Positions 17,690 through 27,926 of a DNA stretch of 63,682 nt are shown here, piece by piece. The notes below the pieces were generated by a model that saw only the letters and a program-made list of their open reading frames with translations, had not been told where the DNA came from and searched no databases. The position numbers and the translations under genes are program-made. The stretch covers positions 1 to 63,682 of the forward strand of contig JBAYJY010000005.1 of NCBI GenBank assembly GCA_041664945.1. The letters are read 5' to 3'. Origin of the DNA: a bacterium (GTDB taxonomy: Bacteria > UBP15 > UBA6099). Numbering within the stretch: the stretch's first letter is position 1; the number at the start of each line of letters is the position of its first letter.

Positions 17690-20600
17690 TCAGAAACTGG
17701 AATTCAGCGTCGCTTTCAAATCAGTGTTCGAGCCGATCGCGCTGCCTGCTGTCAGGCTGGTGGCGCGAGCGCGGGAAATATCTCTCATATACTCCATTTG
17801 AAGGTATGTCTTTGGCGTCACATAAACCGACGTGCCGAGCGTGCAGTTCATTGTCCTCGAAAAGCTCGCGCCGTTCGTCCGGTTCATCTTAAAGCCGGTG
17901 TTAAATTTCACTCTGTCGTTGTAAGTATAATTGTAGGTCATGTTCCATTCGTTAGAGAAAGCTGCGGGAATAACGCTGTATGAGAGCATAACGGAAGCGT
18001 TTGTTGAAGGCCTGATGTTGAAAGAATACAGGTCGTTGCCGGTCTGCGGCGTCACGGCCGCGGCAACGGCGCCTGCCTCGGCCGGCGGCGCCTTAGTGGT
18101 GGTTTTCGTGCGCGTCCAATTGGCGGTTCTCAGCTTCTTGTTATCCCTGTTGTATCCGAGAGTCCACTGTTGTGTTTCGGATTGCCGCCACGAGCCTCCT
18201 TCCCCGGATGTGCTGCGGGAATATGATGGAGACCATTTCATGCCGTATGGCAGCGCCACATCGAACTTCAGCGAACGTCCGTTGGTCTTGTTGGACGCCC
18301 CCGTTGTGGTTGGCGTATTCGTTGTTCTGATCGAAAATCCAAGATTGCTGACCCGGTAAAACGAATCCTTCACCGCGATGTCAAATGAGTCCGTCTGCGT
18401 CGTTGAATTCGTCGAGCTTGGCGTGGTCGCGCCTGTTGTCGTGGACAGCGGCAGGCTGGGAACGCTGTTTGCGAACGCGGCATTAAAATCAATCAGATTT
18501 TTAAACGGAACATAGTGAAACTTATGTATGTAATGGAATTTGTAATTAGTGTTGCGCGCCCTTGTATAACCCGGCGAGCTTTTCCTCGTGATGTCCGCGT
18601 TAATGCCGAAATTAGTCCACGGGTCATATTTAAGATTCAGCGTGTCGCCGACCTCCCTGCCGTCCAGCGTCGGATTCGAGGAGTCCGATTTGATCGAATC
18701 GGTGTAGCCGCCTCCTAATAATAATTTGTTGTTCTTCAGAAACTTTGAGGTAAAATCGTATGTGTTCGCTATAACTTCGGAATTCGTTTTATGCGTGGTT
18801 CCGGTGTCCAAACCCGTAACTCCGGTATTTGAATTTGTCGAACGCTTGAAATTCAGCGACGAAAGATGCCCTTTCCCGACATATGAAGCGGAGTAGCCGA
18901 TAGTGTCAAGTTGGCTGCTTCCGCTTTTTTTGAAATTCGTTATGTTCCATGCCTCAGTGTTTGTCGTTGTTGTATTAAGGCCGAAATTAAAAGCCCCGAA
19001 AGTCGCGGTCAATGTCTGGTTGGAATTTATGGTTTCCCCGCTTTTTTTCAGCGACTGCGGGACAATGGTCTGTGATTCAGTGTTATTTAATGAATAGGCA
19101 AGCCTTAAGTTCTTCAGCGTCAAATCTAACGATCCCGAAAGCGAGTTGTTGGGCTTAGACTCCTTTTGTCCTCCGAGGTTGTCGAAAAACGCGTCCCTTC
19201 CCGCGCTGGTTATGCTCGCGTTCAAGCGGCGGCCGCGATAGTTCATGCTCATGCTTTTTGCGGCGCCGACCACCACGCGGCCAAGCGCCTTGTCATAGAC
19301 GTAGCTTATTTCGATCTGGTCGCCCGCGGATGGGAAATAATGGCCGAAATCCGTATATCCCGGGTCGTTGGGATTAGTTTCAGAATCCCGGCGCCGGATC
19401 AGTACCACCGTTCCGGGCTGGCGATCGATTGTATAATAATTGTAGCCGATCGGGTAAGCGGTCAGTTGGTACTGGATGTTGCCGCCTACTTTTATACACG
19501 GCACGTCGGCCGGGTTAACATCCGCCGGAATAATGCCCCTGTCGCAATGGCGCACCTTAACCGTCGCCTGCCCTGTCAGATTTCCGTGCCTGAGATGGCA
19601 AACCAGTTCCCGCTCTGCCTCTGAGCCGTAGGCTTTTCTGTCGCCGTAGTAACGGCAAATATTATCAGACGTGCCGTCGTTGGCCGTAAGGGCGGCGGAA
19701 GAAGCGTCGATATTGATTACCTCTTCGTCGGTGTTGAACGACGACGCAAGGTCCGAGTTCGACGTGGCATATTCACCCTCGACCGACAGGTTCTTCCCTA
19801 TGTTGAATTTTCCGTTCACATCCATGGCGGCCTTCGTGAACTCCGAGCCGGACGACATCTCTGTAGGCGTAATCGCGTATTTCACTTTTATGTATTCAAA
19901 ATTGTTCACTGATTTCGGAATCGCCTGGCTGAATTCCAGATAGGGCTGGTTCTCTTTTGAGATTTTGTATGTGATATCTCCCTGCATCCTCTGGTAAAAC
20001 AGCGGGCAAAGCGTCGGGTCGTCATTGATAATGCCGTTTTCGCTGTAGCAGAGCATGGAGTCAGACCTGTTGTCGGCCACGTTGGTTTGGTCCGCCGAAG
20101 CGAGAACGATTTCACTGCCGGGAAACATGTTCTGCGGCCATGACTGGCCGCTCGTGTTGATCAGGCCTGTGATCGGAATCTGATACGCGATGAATCCGGT
20201 CTCGCTCACAAGGTCCGGCCGATAATAGTCGTATTTAACCGTCATGGGAGCGGATACCTTGCCCACGGATGCAGGGTCGTTGCGAATGATATAAATCCGG
20301 CCGAGATAATAGCCCCTGTAATCGACGATGATCGGGGAGTTTATGCCGCCCGGAACCATCTCGTCCGTGCCTTTGGCCACACGTATGGAACCTGGCACGA
20401 CATACGGATTGTCCAGCGTTATCGGAGTGCATCTTTTCGTCGATGTGGATGGAAGATTGGGACAGAGCCTTGTTTCGTTAATCGGCAGATCCGCCTCCAA
20501 AACAGCCTTTTCCGCGGACCCGGTGACCCTCGTGTTGCTTTTCGGAGCTTTCGACATGATATATGAAACGCCCAGCTTTGCGGTTTCCGTCCCGGTTTTT

Positions 20601-22600
20601 TTATTCACCGTCGAATAGCCTAACTGGAACGCGTTCATATTTCCCGTCGAAAACAAAAACGACGCCGCTTCGTAATTGATCGACCTGGTCACGTTGTTGT
20701 CAAACGAGTCGTTGAAATAAATCTCTCTTGTCCCATAGTCGATCGTATACTGCGTGGGAGAAATTTCCTTGCCGCCTTCAAAAATCCGCACTGTTCCCGG
20801 TATGATCATTCCCACGTTCGACGGCAGAAGATAGGGCCCTTTATTGCCGCCTCCGTTGATCGTCGCCACTCCCGGCGCCGACCTCATTTCCGCCGTCAGC
20901 GCCGTGAATTCAAGATTGCCGATTCTGTAGGACAACTGCGCCCCGTTGATTTTCTTGTCGAGGCTGAAAAATGAGCCGCTCTGGAAAGAAGTGTCGAAAC
21001 TGCCGAAATGCAGGCCTCCGTTGGCGCCCGTAACCTCAATATCCAGATGCTGCTGCGGCTGGTTCGGCATCTCGCTGACCGTTCCGTTGATGGACATGCC
21101 GTTCCGCAGGCTGCCGTCCAGCAGCACGTTCCACGACTGCGTCAACTGGAACTGGTCGACTTTAGTCGTGACCGACGTGCCTCCCACCGCCGCATCCGTT
21201 GTCTCGCGTATCAACGCCTGCCTCGACAGAAACTTTTTATTCAAGGCAAACTGAACGTTGCCCGCGATCTTGAATGAACCCGAGCAAAGCGCCGCCGGCA
21301 GCGACTGGTCGCACGCTTTCTGGTCCGAATCAATAGTTACGGTGGAATTGCGCACATACTGCGTGCCGTTCTGCACAGGCACCATAACCTGTTCCATGGT
21401 CACCGGAATGTCCTTTCCGGGGCGCAGGCCCTTGAACAGCAGCGTGACCACAGGCATCGGCGTTTTTATATCCTCCGTCTTGACGTTGAAACCTGAAAGC
21501 AGCGAGATGTTTATCTCGCCTCTCACCGGGTCGACCCTGTTGTCGAACGGCATGGTGAAAACGCTTCGGTACTCCCATTTGTGCGCGGAGTCTATCAGGC
21601 TTATCAGGTCTTCCCGCGAGATGCCGCTTCCCACCGCGAGGCCGGAATCCTTCGCAAGGCTCTTCAATTCCTCTATGCCCATATCGTCCACCGGGGCCTG
21701 CACATCCACCTGTTTCGCCTCATGGCCCCGATAATCCGTGAACGTCAAATAGCTCGGATCGTACTTTACCTTCAACTGGACTCCGGTCATCATTTCGTAT
21801 GCGGGGAATTTCTCAATCATTATGTCAAGGCGAACCCACTGCCGCGGCCCTATCCGCGCGGCCCGCTTGCTGAAACCGATAACCACATCCGCGGCCGCCT
21901 CGTCCTTTGCCGCTTCAAGCGCCGTAAGCCCAAGCTCCGCGCTCTGCGCAGCCACCGCGCTCTGCGCCGCGTCACCGCCGCCGCTCTTCACTATGTCGAA
22001 CCGGTCGGCGAGCGACTGCGCCGTCAGCAACACATTCTCGCCGGATGACGCCGCGTACAACAACGGGTCCGGCTCATCTCCCTCATATCCCACAAGCCGG
22101 AAATATCCGGGATTCGCCGGCGCGCTCTTCCCGTCCTCGAATATCACCGACGACGTGAAGCTCAAATACGTCGATCCCGCCGTCCTGAATTTGAACGGGA
22201 TTCTTATGAATACCGGCTTGCCGGAAATCAGGCTCCCGGACTTAGCCCTGAATGTCACCACTCCCGTTTCCGGACTCGCCTTGAATTTCTCGACAAGCCC
22301 GAACGCCGGGTCCGCCGCATATTCGTTCCGGTCGCCGGAAAGCTCTATGTAAGCCGGGTCAACCGTCACCGCGCACTGGCCGCCGAGAACTCTTTCGTCC
22401 TGCCCCGGGATCAAAGTGATCTCCAACGCCGCCGGTTCGCCGACTTTCATTATGGCGCCGCCCGCGATTGTAACCTGAAACACCGCGGCCGCCGCCCGCG
22501 CGGAAAATAAGAGCGCTATAACAAGCGCCCCAAACGCCGCCGCGCTCAAACGCAAACGCCGCTCAGTTGAGCGATATGCCGTTTTCGGGTTACGGTTCAT
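17690..22600 (-). CDS. giant (1636-aa) outer-membrane protein: signal peptide, two cohesin-like modules, very large beta-rich C-terminal region
   Basis: Signal peptide (AAAFGALVIALLFSARAAAA/VF). Cohesin-like beta-sandwich segments at about aa 40-180 and 245-420. More than 1000 aa are rich in S/T/N/G/Y with alternating-hydrophobic strands. The C-terminus LKATLNSSF ends in Phe like OM beta-barrel beta-signals. The start overlaps the rsmI stop by 11 nt. Confidence 0.7.
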   Translation of the reverse strand: MNRNPKTAYRSTERRLRLSAAAFGALVIALLFSARAAAAVFQVTIAGGAIMKVGEPAALEITLIPGQDERVLGGQCAVTVDPAYIELSGDRNEYAADPAFGLVEKFKASPETGVVTFRAKSGSLISGKPVFIRIPFKFRTAGSTYLSFTSSVIFEDGKSAPANPGYFRLVGYEGDEPDPLLYAASSGENVLLTAQSLADRFDIVKSGGGDAAQSAVAAQSAELGLTALEAAKDEAAADVVIGFSKRAARIGPRQWVRLDIMIEKFPAYEMMTGVQLKVKYDPSYLTFTDYRGHEAKQVDVQAPVDDMGIEELKSLAKDSGLAVGSGISREDLISLIDSAHKWEYRSVFTMPFDNRVDPVRGEINISLLSGFNVKTEDIKTPMPVVTLLFKGLRPGKDIPVTMEQVMVPVQNGTQYVRNSTVTIDSDQKACDQSLPAALCSGSFKIAGNVQFALNKKFLSRQALIRETTDAAVGGTSVTTKVDQFQLTQSWNVLLDGSLRNGMSINGTVSEMPNQPQQHLDIEVTGANGGLHFGSFDTSFQSGSFFSLDKKINGAQLSYRIGNLEFTALTAEMRSAPGVATINGGGNKGPYLLPSNVGMIIPGTVRIFEGGKEISPTQYTIDYGTREIYFNDSFDNNVTRSINYEAASFLFSTGNMNAFQLGYSTVNKKTGTETAKLGVSYIMSKAPKSNTRVTGSAEKAVLEADLPINETRLCPNLPSTSTKRCTPITLDNPYVVPGSIRVAKGTDEMVPGGINSPIIVDYRGYYLGRIYIIRNDPASVGKVSAPMTVKYDYYRPDLVSETGFIAYQIPITGLINTSGQSWPQNMFPGSEIVLASADQTNVADNRSDSMLCYSENGIINDDPTLCPLFYQRMQGDITYKISKENQPYLEFSQAIPKSVNNFEYIKVKYAITPTEMSSGSEFTKAAMDVNGKFNIGKNLSVEGEYATSNSDLASSFNTDEEVINIDASSAALTANDGTSDNICRYYGDRKAYGSEAERELVCHLRHGNLTGQATVKVRHCDRGIIPADVNPADVPCIKVGGNIQYQLTAYPIGYNYYTIDRQPGTVVLIRRRDSETNPNDPGYTDFGHYFPSAGDQIEISYVYDKALGRVVVGAAKSMSMNYRGRRLNASITSAGRDAFFDNLGGQKESKPNNSLSGSLDLTLKNLRLAYSLNNTESQTIVPQSLKKSGETINSNQTLTATFGAFNFGLNTTTTNTEAWNITNFKKSGSSQLDTIGYSASYVGKGHLSSLNFKRSTNSNTGVTGLDTGTTHKTNSEVIANTYDFTSKFLKNNKLLLGGGYTDSIKSDSSNPTLDGREVGDTLNLKYDPWTNFGINADITRKSSPGYTRARNTNYKFHYIHKFHYVPFKNLIDFNAAFANSVPSLPLSTTTGATTPSSTNSTTQTDSFDIAVKDSFYRVSNLGFSIRTTNTPTTTGASNKTNGRSLKFDVALPYGMKWSPSYSRSTSGEGGSWRQSETQQWTLGYNRDNKKLRTANWTRTKTTTKAPPAEAGAVAAAVTPQTGNDLYSFNIRPSTNASVMLSYSVIPAAFSNEWNMTYNYTYNDRVKFNTGFKMNRTNGASFSRTMNCTLGTSVYVTPKTYLQMEYMRDISRARATSLTAGSAIGSNTDLKATLNSSF

Positions 22601-23459
22601 TCGTTTTTTTTCTCTCGTCGAGAACCGCCTGATAATAAATGTTCTTCGAGCCGCCGCACAACTCCGCCGCTATCCTGGCGATTTCGCCCGGAGACAGCGT
22701 TGTGCGCGCAAACGCCCGCGCCATGCGTTCGCCCATGTCCGCCTCGCCGGCGGCCGGGGCTTCGCTTTCCGGCGCGCCCTCCACTATTAGAGTATATTCC
22801 CCGATTTCTTTGAGGGTAAGCCTTTTCGCCGCGATTTCCTCAAGCGTCGCGCGGGTGATTTCCTCGTGCAGCTTCGTCAGCTCGCGGCATATCACAACCC
22901 GCCTGTTCCCGAGCGCGGAATATAAATCCGCCATCGTCGCCGCGACCCTCTTGGCGGATTCGAAAAATACTATGTGCCTCTCTTCATTCGCCCATGATTT
23001 GAACAGATTCGCCCTTTTGGCGCCCGTCTTCGGCAGAAAGCCGTCGAACACGAACCGGGGCGAGTCGAACCCGGATACCGAAATCACGGTCGCGATCGCC
23101 GAGGGGCCGGGAATAGGCGTTACGCGAACGCCCCGCCCGGCCGCGGCGGCCACAAGCTTGCCGCCGGGATCGCTGGCCCCCGGTGTGCCCGCGTCGGACA
23201 CCACGGCGCCCGATTCTCCGTTCACCAGCCCCTCTATCAGCGCGGGCGCCTTGAACGACTCCACATCTCCGTAAAAACTTATCAGCTTCGACTTCAAGCC
23301 GTGCCGGTCCATCAGGATTCTCGTGCGGCGCGTATCCTCGGCCGCCACCCAGTCGACGCCGCCAAGTATCTTCAGCGCGCGCGGCGAGATGTCCTCCAGA
23401 TTCCCTATAGGCGTCGCCACAACATATAAAACGCCCGGCATCGGCTCTTTTTCAGACAT
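22590..23459 (-). CDS. rsmI: 16S rRNA (cytidine1402-2'-O)-methyltransferase RsmI
   Basis: 289 aa. The tetrapyrrole-methylase-fold N-terminus LYVVATPIGNLEDISPRAL and overall layout are typical of RsmI. Confidence 0.85.
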   Translation of the reverse strand: MSEKEPMPGVLYVVATPIGNLEDISPRALKILGGVDWVAAEDTRRTRILMDRHGLKSKLISFYGDVESFKAPALIEGLVNGESGAVVSDAGTPGASDPGGKLVAAAAGRGVRVTPIPGPSAIATVISVSGFDSPRFVFDGFLPKTGAKRANLFKSWANEERHIVFFESAKRVAATMADLYSALGNRRVVICRELTKLHEEITRATLEEIAAKRLTLKEIGEYTLIVEGAPESEAPAAGEADMGERMARAFARTTLSPGEIARIAAELCGGSKNIYYQAVLDERKKTNEP

Positions 23460-23484
23460 ATTTCGGCTCCTGCCCGATCGCCCG

Positions 23485-25176
23485 TCAATGCTTCTTCGAA
23501 CGTAGTATTGAGATTACAAATGCGGCCGAAAGCACAACCAGCGCTCCCGTCCCCATCTTTATGTATCCGCCGAACTGGCTGGAATCCTTGAACAGCGGAA
23601 CCAAAGACGACGCCGCTATCAGCAGCGCCGCTATTATTATCGCGAGCGACAGCCGGTTAAAACTGTGGCTTACCCGGTCAACCATCCCGCGAATCGTCTC
23701 AACGTAGTTTTCGAGCTCTATGTGGACCTTGAACTGGCCGTGCTCTATATTCTTCGAAATTTTATCTATGCGGCGCGGCAGCGCGGTCACTAATTCACGC
23801 AGATCGAGCACAGTGCGCACTACATCGCCCCCGAACCGCTTAGGGTCCACCTCGCGCCGGAACAGCATCCGCGCCGCCGGCTCGGCGGTGCCCACCAGAT
23901 CGAACTCCGGGTCCAAATGCCGCCCCAGACCCTCCAGCGTCACCAGCGTCTTGTCCATCAGCACGAATTCGCCCGGCATCACTATCCTGTACTTCAGCCC
24001 TATGTTGAAAAGCTCGAGCACGAGTTCCTCGAGGTTGACCCGCCCTATCGAGACGTTCGAATATTTCTGCATCATCCGGCCCACATCGCGCACAAGCGCG
24101 TTCTGGTCGGACGCCGGGTCGACTACCGCTATCTCGTTCAACACCTCAACCAGCGCCGGCGCGTCCTTGTTCACAAGCGAAATGAAATATTTCGCCATGT
24201 TCTTCTTCATGATCGGGTCGACAACGCCGATCATCCCGAAATCTATCAGCGCAACGACCTGCCCCTGCGTTACGAATATGTTGCCGAAATGCGGGTCTCC
24301 GTGGAAAAATCCGTCTATCAGAATCATCTTGATGAACGAGTTCGCTATAACTTCCGTCAGATAGGTCAGATCGTAGCCCCGCGCGAGAAGCTGATCCTTT
24401 TCCTTGATTTTTATCCCGTGGATGTATTCCATCGTCAGGACTTTTTTCGTCGTGAATTCCCAGTAGATCGACGGGATGTATATCGTGTCGTCGTCCGCGA
24501 AATTCCTCTTGAACCGCTCGGCGTTCTGCGCCTCTATCGTATAGTCCAGCTCGCAGTTGATCGTCTTCGTGAATTCCTCCACGCTCTCGATCATGTTGAA
24601 CAGCCGCGCCTCCTCGAACCGCTTCTCCGCCGCCACCGCCAGGTCGTACATGATTTCCGTGTCGATGCGCACGATCTGCTCTATGTTCGGCCGCTGCACC
24701 TTCACCACAACTTCCTGCCCGTCCAGCAACACCGCCTCGTGCACCTGCCCGATCGAGGCCGACGCGATCGGAACCCGCGCGAACGACTTGAATATCTGGT
24801 CGATCGGCTTCTTCAGTTCGGCTTCAATGCACTCCTGCGCCTGCTCGTACGGAAACGGAGGCACTTCATCCTGCAGCTTCGACAACTCTTTCAAAATGTC
24901 CGGCGGCACAAGGTCCGGCCGCGTGCTGATTATCTGCCCGGCTTTAACATACGTCGGCCCGAGCTCCTCGAACACGCGCCGTATGCGCACCGACAGCGGC
25001 AACTGGTACTCATCCGCCGCCACCACATGCTCGCGCAGCTTCCTCGGAAAGAACCGCGTCAGCTCCATCGCCTCTGCCGCCCAGAAAAATCCGTGCTTGC
25101 ACAGCACGGCTACAACACCCTTCATCCGGATGCCTTTTTTGTAAAAACTCGGTACGAATTGTTCCGGTATCGCCAT
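23485..25176 (-). CDS. ubiB: ABC1/UbiB-family atypical kinase
   Basis: ABC1 kinase-like core (LGPTYVKAGQIISTRPDLVP, ASIGQVH, HGDPHFGNI, IDFG) and two C-terminal TM helices. Start placed at ATG 25176 (MAIPEQF). The ORF-track start at 25290 adds an unconserved extension. Confidence 0.8.
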   Translation of the reverse strand: MAIPEQFVPSFYKKGIRMKGVVAVLCKHGFFWAAEAMELTRFFPRKLREHVVAADEYQLPLSVRIRRVFEELGPTYVKAGQIISTRPDLVPPDILKELSKLQDEVPPFPYEQAQECIEAELKKPIDQIFKSFARVPIASASIGQVHEAVLLDGQEVVVKVQRPNIEQIVRIDTEIMYDLAVAAEKRFEEARLFNMIESVEEFTKTINCELDYTIEAQNAERFKRNFADDDTIYIPSIYWEFTTKKVLTMEYIHGIKIKEKDQLLARGYDLTYLTEVIANSFIKMILIDGFFHGDPHFGNIFVTQGQVVALIDFGMIGVVDPIMKKNMAKYFISLVNKDAPALVEVLNEIAVVDPASDQNALVRDVGRMMQKYSNVSIGRVNLEELVLELFNIGLKYRIVMPGEFVLMDKTLVTLEGLGRHLDPEFDLVGTAEPAARMLFRREVDPKRFGGDVVRTVLDLRELVTALPRRIDKISKNIEHGQFKVHIELENYVETIRGMVDRVSHSFNRLSLAIIIAALLIAASSLVPLFKDSSQFGGYIKMGTGALVVLSAAFVISILRSKKH

Positions 25177-25366
25177 TATTCGGGTTCCATGTCCTTCACG
25201 CGCCGGCCCTGCGGCGCGATCTATTATTCTACTATCACATGCCCGCCATGGCAAATTCGCCCGCGCGCGCACATAAACAGGCTGAAACAAATATTATCTT
25301 TTTCTCCAGCCTTTGTTTATAATATCCGGATATTTGTCTTTGAATTAGCGCCTTAGGAGTATTCTA

Positions 25367-27424
25367 TTGAGAAAGATTAAACTAAATCTACAGGTCCCCG
25401 CATCCGTTATTTGTTGCTTTTTATCATTATCGCTCTATAACACAACCTCATACGCGGAGCCCGCCGGGAGTGTTCCCGCGGAGCCGGCCGCCACAACCCG
25501 CGACTGGTCTCAACCCGGCCCAGACTCTTACTCCATGACTCCTTTCGCTCCGACTTTCGAGGAACGCAAGCTCGCCTACCTCCAGTTCTGCTCCGCAAAT
25601 ACGCGCGGCTCCATCTTCGGCGCCATCTGCTCCGCAACACTCGGCAAACCTGTCTCCATCAACGATGCCGATGTGAAGAAGAACGTGGACACCCTGATCG
25701 CTCAAAAAGACTGCGCCGACTTCACGGCCATCCGCGTAATACGCGTTTTGTACAAGAATAAGCAGTATAACTTTCTCAAACCTGAACAGGAGGAGGCCCT
25801 GCGCAACGCCATGCTGGGCTTCAAATACTGGGTCGACGAGCCCGGCGCCGACGAAATGATCTCATGGACCGAGAACCATCAAATACTCTTCCACGCCTCT
25901 GAATACCTCGCCGGCCAGCTTTATCCCGACGCCGTTTTCAAAAATAACGGCAAAAACGGCGCATGGCGCATGCAACACGCCAAGCCGATGATTCTTAAAT
26001 GGATCGAGCGGCGCGCGCGCTGGGGCTTCAGCGAGTGGGATTCAAACGTTTATTACGATGAAGACCTCGCCGCCATCGTCAACCTCGCCGATCTCGCGCA
26101 GGACCCGGAAGTCGCGAGGCAGGCGAAACTGGCGGTCGACCTCATGCTTCTCGATATCGGCTCCGACCTCTTCAAGGGCGTTTACGCAACCAGCCACGGG
26201 CGCACCTACTACAACGAAGTGATCACCGGGAGAAGAGACTCAACGATGTCCATCTCGAAACTGGTCTGGGGCATAGGCAAATTCAACAGCTCGGAAAGCA
26301 TGTCCGCGCTCCCCGTCATCACCGGCGGATACACGCCGCCCGCCGGGATCGTCGCCCTCAATCAGAGCTACGATATGCCCGAATTCCAGAACCTCGAACG
26401 CCACGGCATTCCCCTGAACAAAATAACGAAGTACGGGCTCAGCTTCAAAAACCTCGAAGATGTGCCGACGCTCTTCGGCATGGGCATATACTCGCAGCCC
26501 GAAATCGTCGACACCATGCTCACGTTCGCCGACAAATATAACCTGTGGAACCACCCTTTCATGAAGGAGGCCGGAGAAGCCGTCCGCAAAATTCCCCGCA
26601 CCGGCCAACTCGGCAAAACCCTGCGCGCCATGCCCCCCATAGAGCCCTACCGCACCCTGCTCGGCGAAGCGAATAAAATAACCTATCGCACTCCCGATTA
26701 CTCGCTTTCCACCGCTCAGGACTACCGACCCGGCGAAATGGGCAACCAGCACCACATCTGGCAGGCCACGCTCAGCCCGGACGCCATCGTATTCGTCACC
26801 AACCCCGGATCGCTTGAAGACACTCACGAGCGAACGCCAACCTTCTGGGGCGGACAAAACAGGTTCCCGCGCAACGCCCAATATAAAAACGTTCTCATTT
26901 CCATCTACAACATAAAAAATGAAAAAGCGATCGCCGAGCGCAACCTGTTCCTTTACACACACGCCTTCTTCCCGAAAAAGGAGTTCGAGCGCGTCGAGGA
27001 GTCCGGCGGCTGGGTGTTCGGCAAAGTAGCCGACGGCTACATCGCGCTCCGCTCGCAGGCGCCGGTTAAATGGACCGCCGAAGGGCCGCAGGCCGGCCTC
27101 GAACTCGTCGCCGAAGGCGCTAAAAACATCTGGATATGCGTTATGGGCCGCAGCGCGGTTGACGGCTCGTTCGAGGATTTCATGTCGAAAATCAAAGCGG
27201 CAAAAGTGAACTATGAAGGCGTGAAAGTTTCATTCGACGCGCCGGGCATCGGATCCGTTTCATTCGGCTGGACCGGCCCGCTAACCGTCAACGGCGCCGA
27301 AATCCCGCTGAAGAATTATCCGCTGTTCGACAACCCATACGCCCACTCCGAATTCGACTCCGGCGTTATCACGCTCACCGGCGGCGCCGCCGAACAGGTT
27401 CTCGATTTCTCAATCGGCAAATAA
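25367..27424 (+). CDS. secreted protein, possible alpha/alpha-toroid plus beta-sandwich polysaccharide lyase (heparinase II/III-like)
   Basis: TTG start 7 nt after AGGAG, with a signal peptide. The central WTENHQILFHASEYLAGQLY and following helical repeats suggest a toroid fold. The family call is by resemblance only. Confidence 0.5.
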   Translation: MRKIKLNLQVPASVICCFLSLSLYNTTSYAEPAGSVPAEPAATTRDWSQPGPDSYSMTPFAPTFEERKLAYLQFCSANTRGSIFGAICSATLGKPVSINDADVKKNVDTLIAQKDCADFTAIRVIRVLYKNKQYNFLKPEQEEALRNAMLGFKYWVDEPGADEMISWTENHQILFHASEYLAGQLYPDAVFKNNGKNGAWRMQHAKPMILKWIERRARWGFSEWDSNVYYDEDLAAIVNLADLAQDPEVARQAKLAVDLMLLDIGSDLFKGVYATSHGRTYYNEVITGRRDSTMSISKLVWGIGKFNSSESMSALPVITGGYTPPAGIVALNQSYDMPEFQNLERHGIPLNKITKYGLSFKNLEDVPTLFGMGIYSQPEIVDTMLTFADKYNLWNHPFMKEAGEAVRKIPRTGQLGKTLRAMPPIEPYRTLLGEANKITYRTPDYSLSTAQDYRPGEMGNQHHIWQATLSPDAIVFVTNPGSLEDTHERTPTFWGGQNRFPRNAQYKNVLISIYNIKNEKAIAERNLFLYTHAFFPKKEFERVEESGGWVFGKVADGYIALRSQAPVKWTAEGPQAGLELVAEGAKNIWICVMGRSAVDGSFEDFMSKIKAAKVNYEGVKVSFDAPGIGSVSFGWTGPLTVNGAEIPLKNYPLFDNPYAHSEFDSGVITLTGGAAEQVLDFSIGK

Positions 27425-27460
27425 ATACGAATCAGCCATTAGGATTCGGGCTAAAATCGC

Positions 27461-27926
27461 CTACCCATCCAGAACATCGCCCACTTTTACCGTAAGAGCC
27501 ATCACTGAAAACGGCTTGGAAATATAGTTGACGTCATTGTCGAGCATCCCGTGATGGACAAAGGCATTCTCGGCGTAGCCAGACATGAAAAGCGTTTTCA
27601 TGTTGGGACAGATTTTCTTGAGCCTTTTCGCAAGTTCGTTTCCGCTAATTTCCGGCATGACTATGTCCGTGATCATAAGCTGGATCGAGTCGCCCTCGCG
27701 CTCGCAGATACCCCAGCAAATCGATCAGGAACGGATTCACATCATCGACCATTCCCGTCTCGGCATCGAGGATCAAAATGCCGTCTTTCGCCCACTCAAA
27801 GAGCCGCCTATACCGAAGCTCAGACTCTCGCAAAGCCTCGCCGCCGGCCTTTCCTGAAATCGGCTCCGGCCCTTCTTTTGACGGCAGGGGTTCTTCCTTC
27901 GAATCGAGTTTCTTTTTTCCGAACAT
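27461..27926 (-). pseudogene. remnant of a PAS/hybrid histidine kinase paralogue (N-terminal PAS fragment fused out of frame to C-terminal half of a receiver domain)
   Basis: ATG 27926 with AGGAG opens MFGKKK...[38 protein letters not shown]. After GY the frame shifts. The +1 frame reads [30 protein letters not shown]...ISKPFSVMALTVKVGDVLDG, which matches the last 80 aa of the kinase at 34247-37369. Confidence 0.65.

Noticed and set aside
17690-19300. Lower GC content of the 3' third of the giant gene as evidence of horizontal transfer
   Set aside because: The drop coincides with Asn/Lys/Thr/Ser/Tyr-rich beta-strand sequence within a single continuous ORF. No flanking mobility genes or repeats are present, so amino-acid composition explains it.
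27428-27448. 6-bp hairpin CGAATC...GATTCG after the 25367-27424 gene as a terminator
   Set aside because: The stem is short with a 9-nt loop and has no flanking U-tract on either strand. The evidence is too weak to call.
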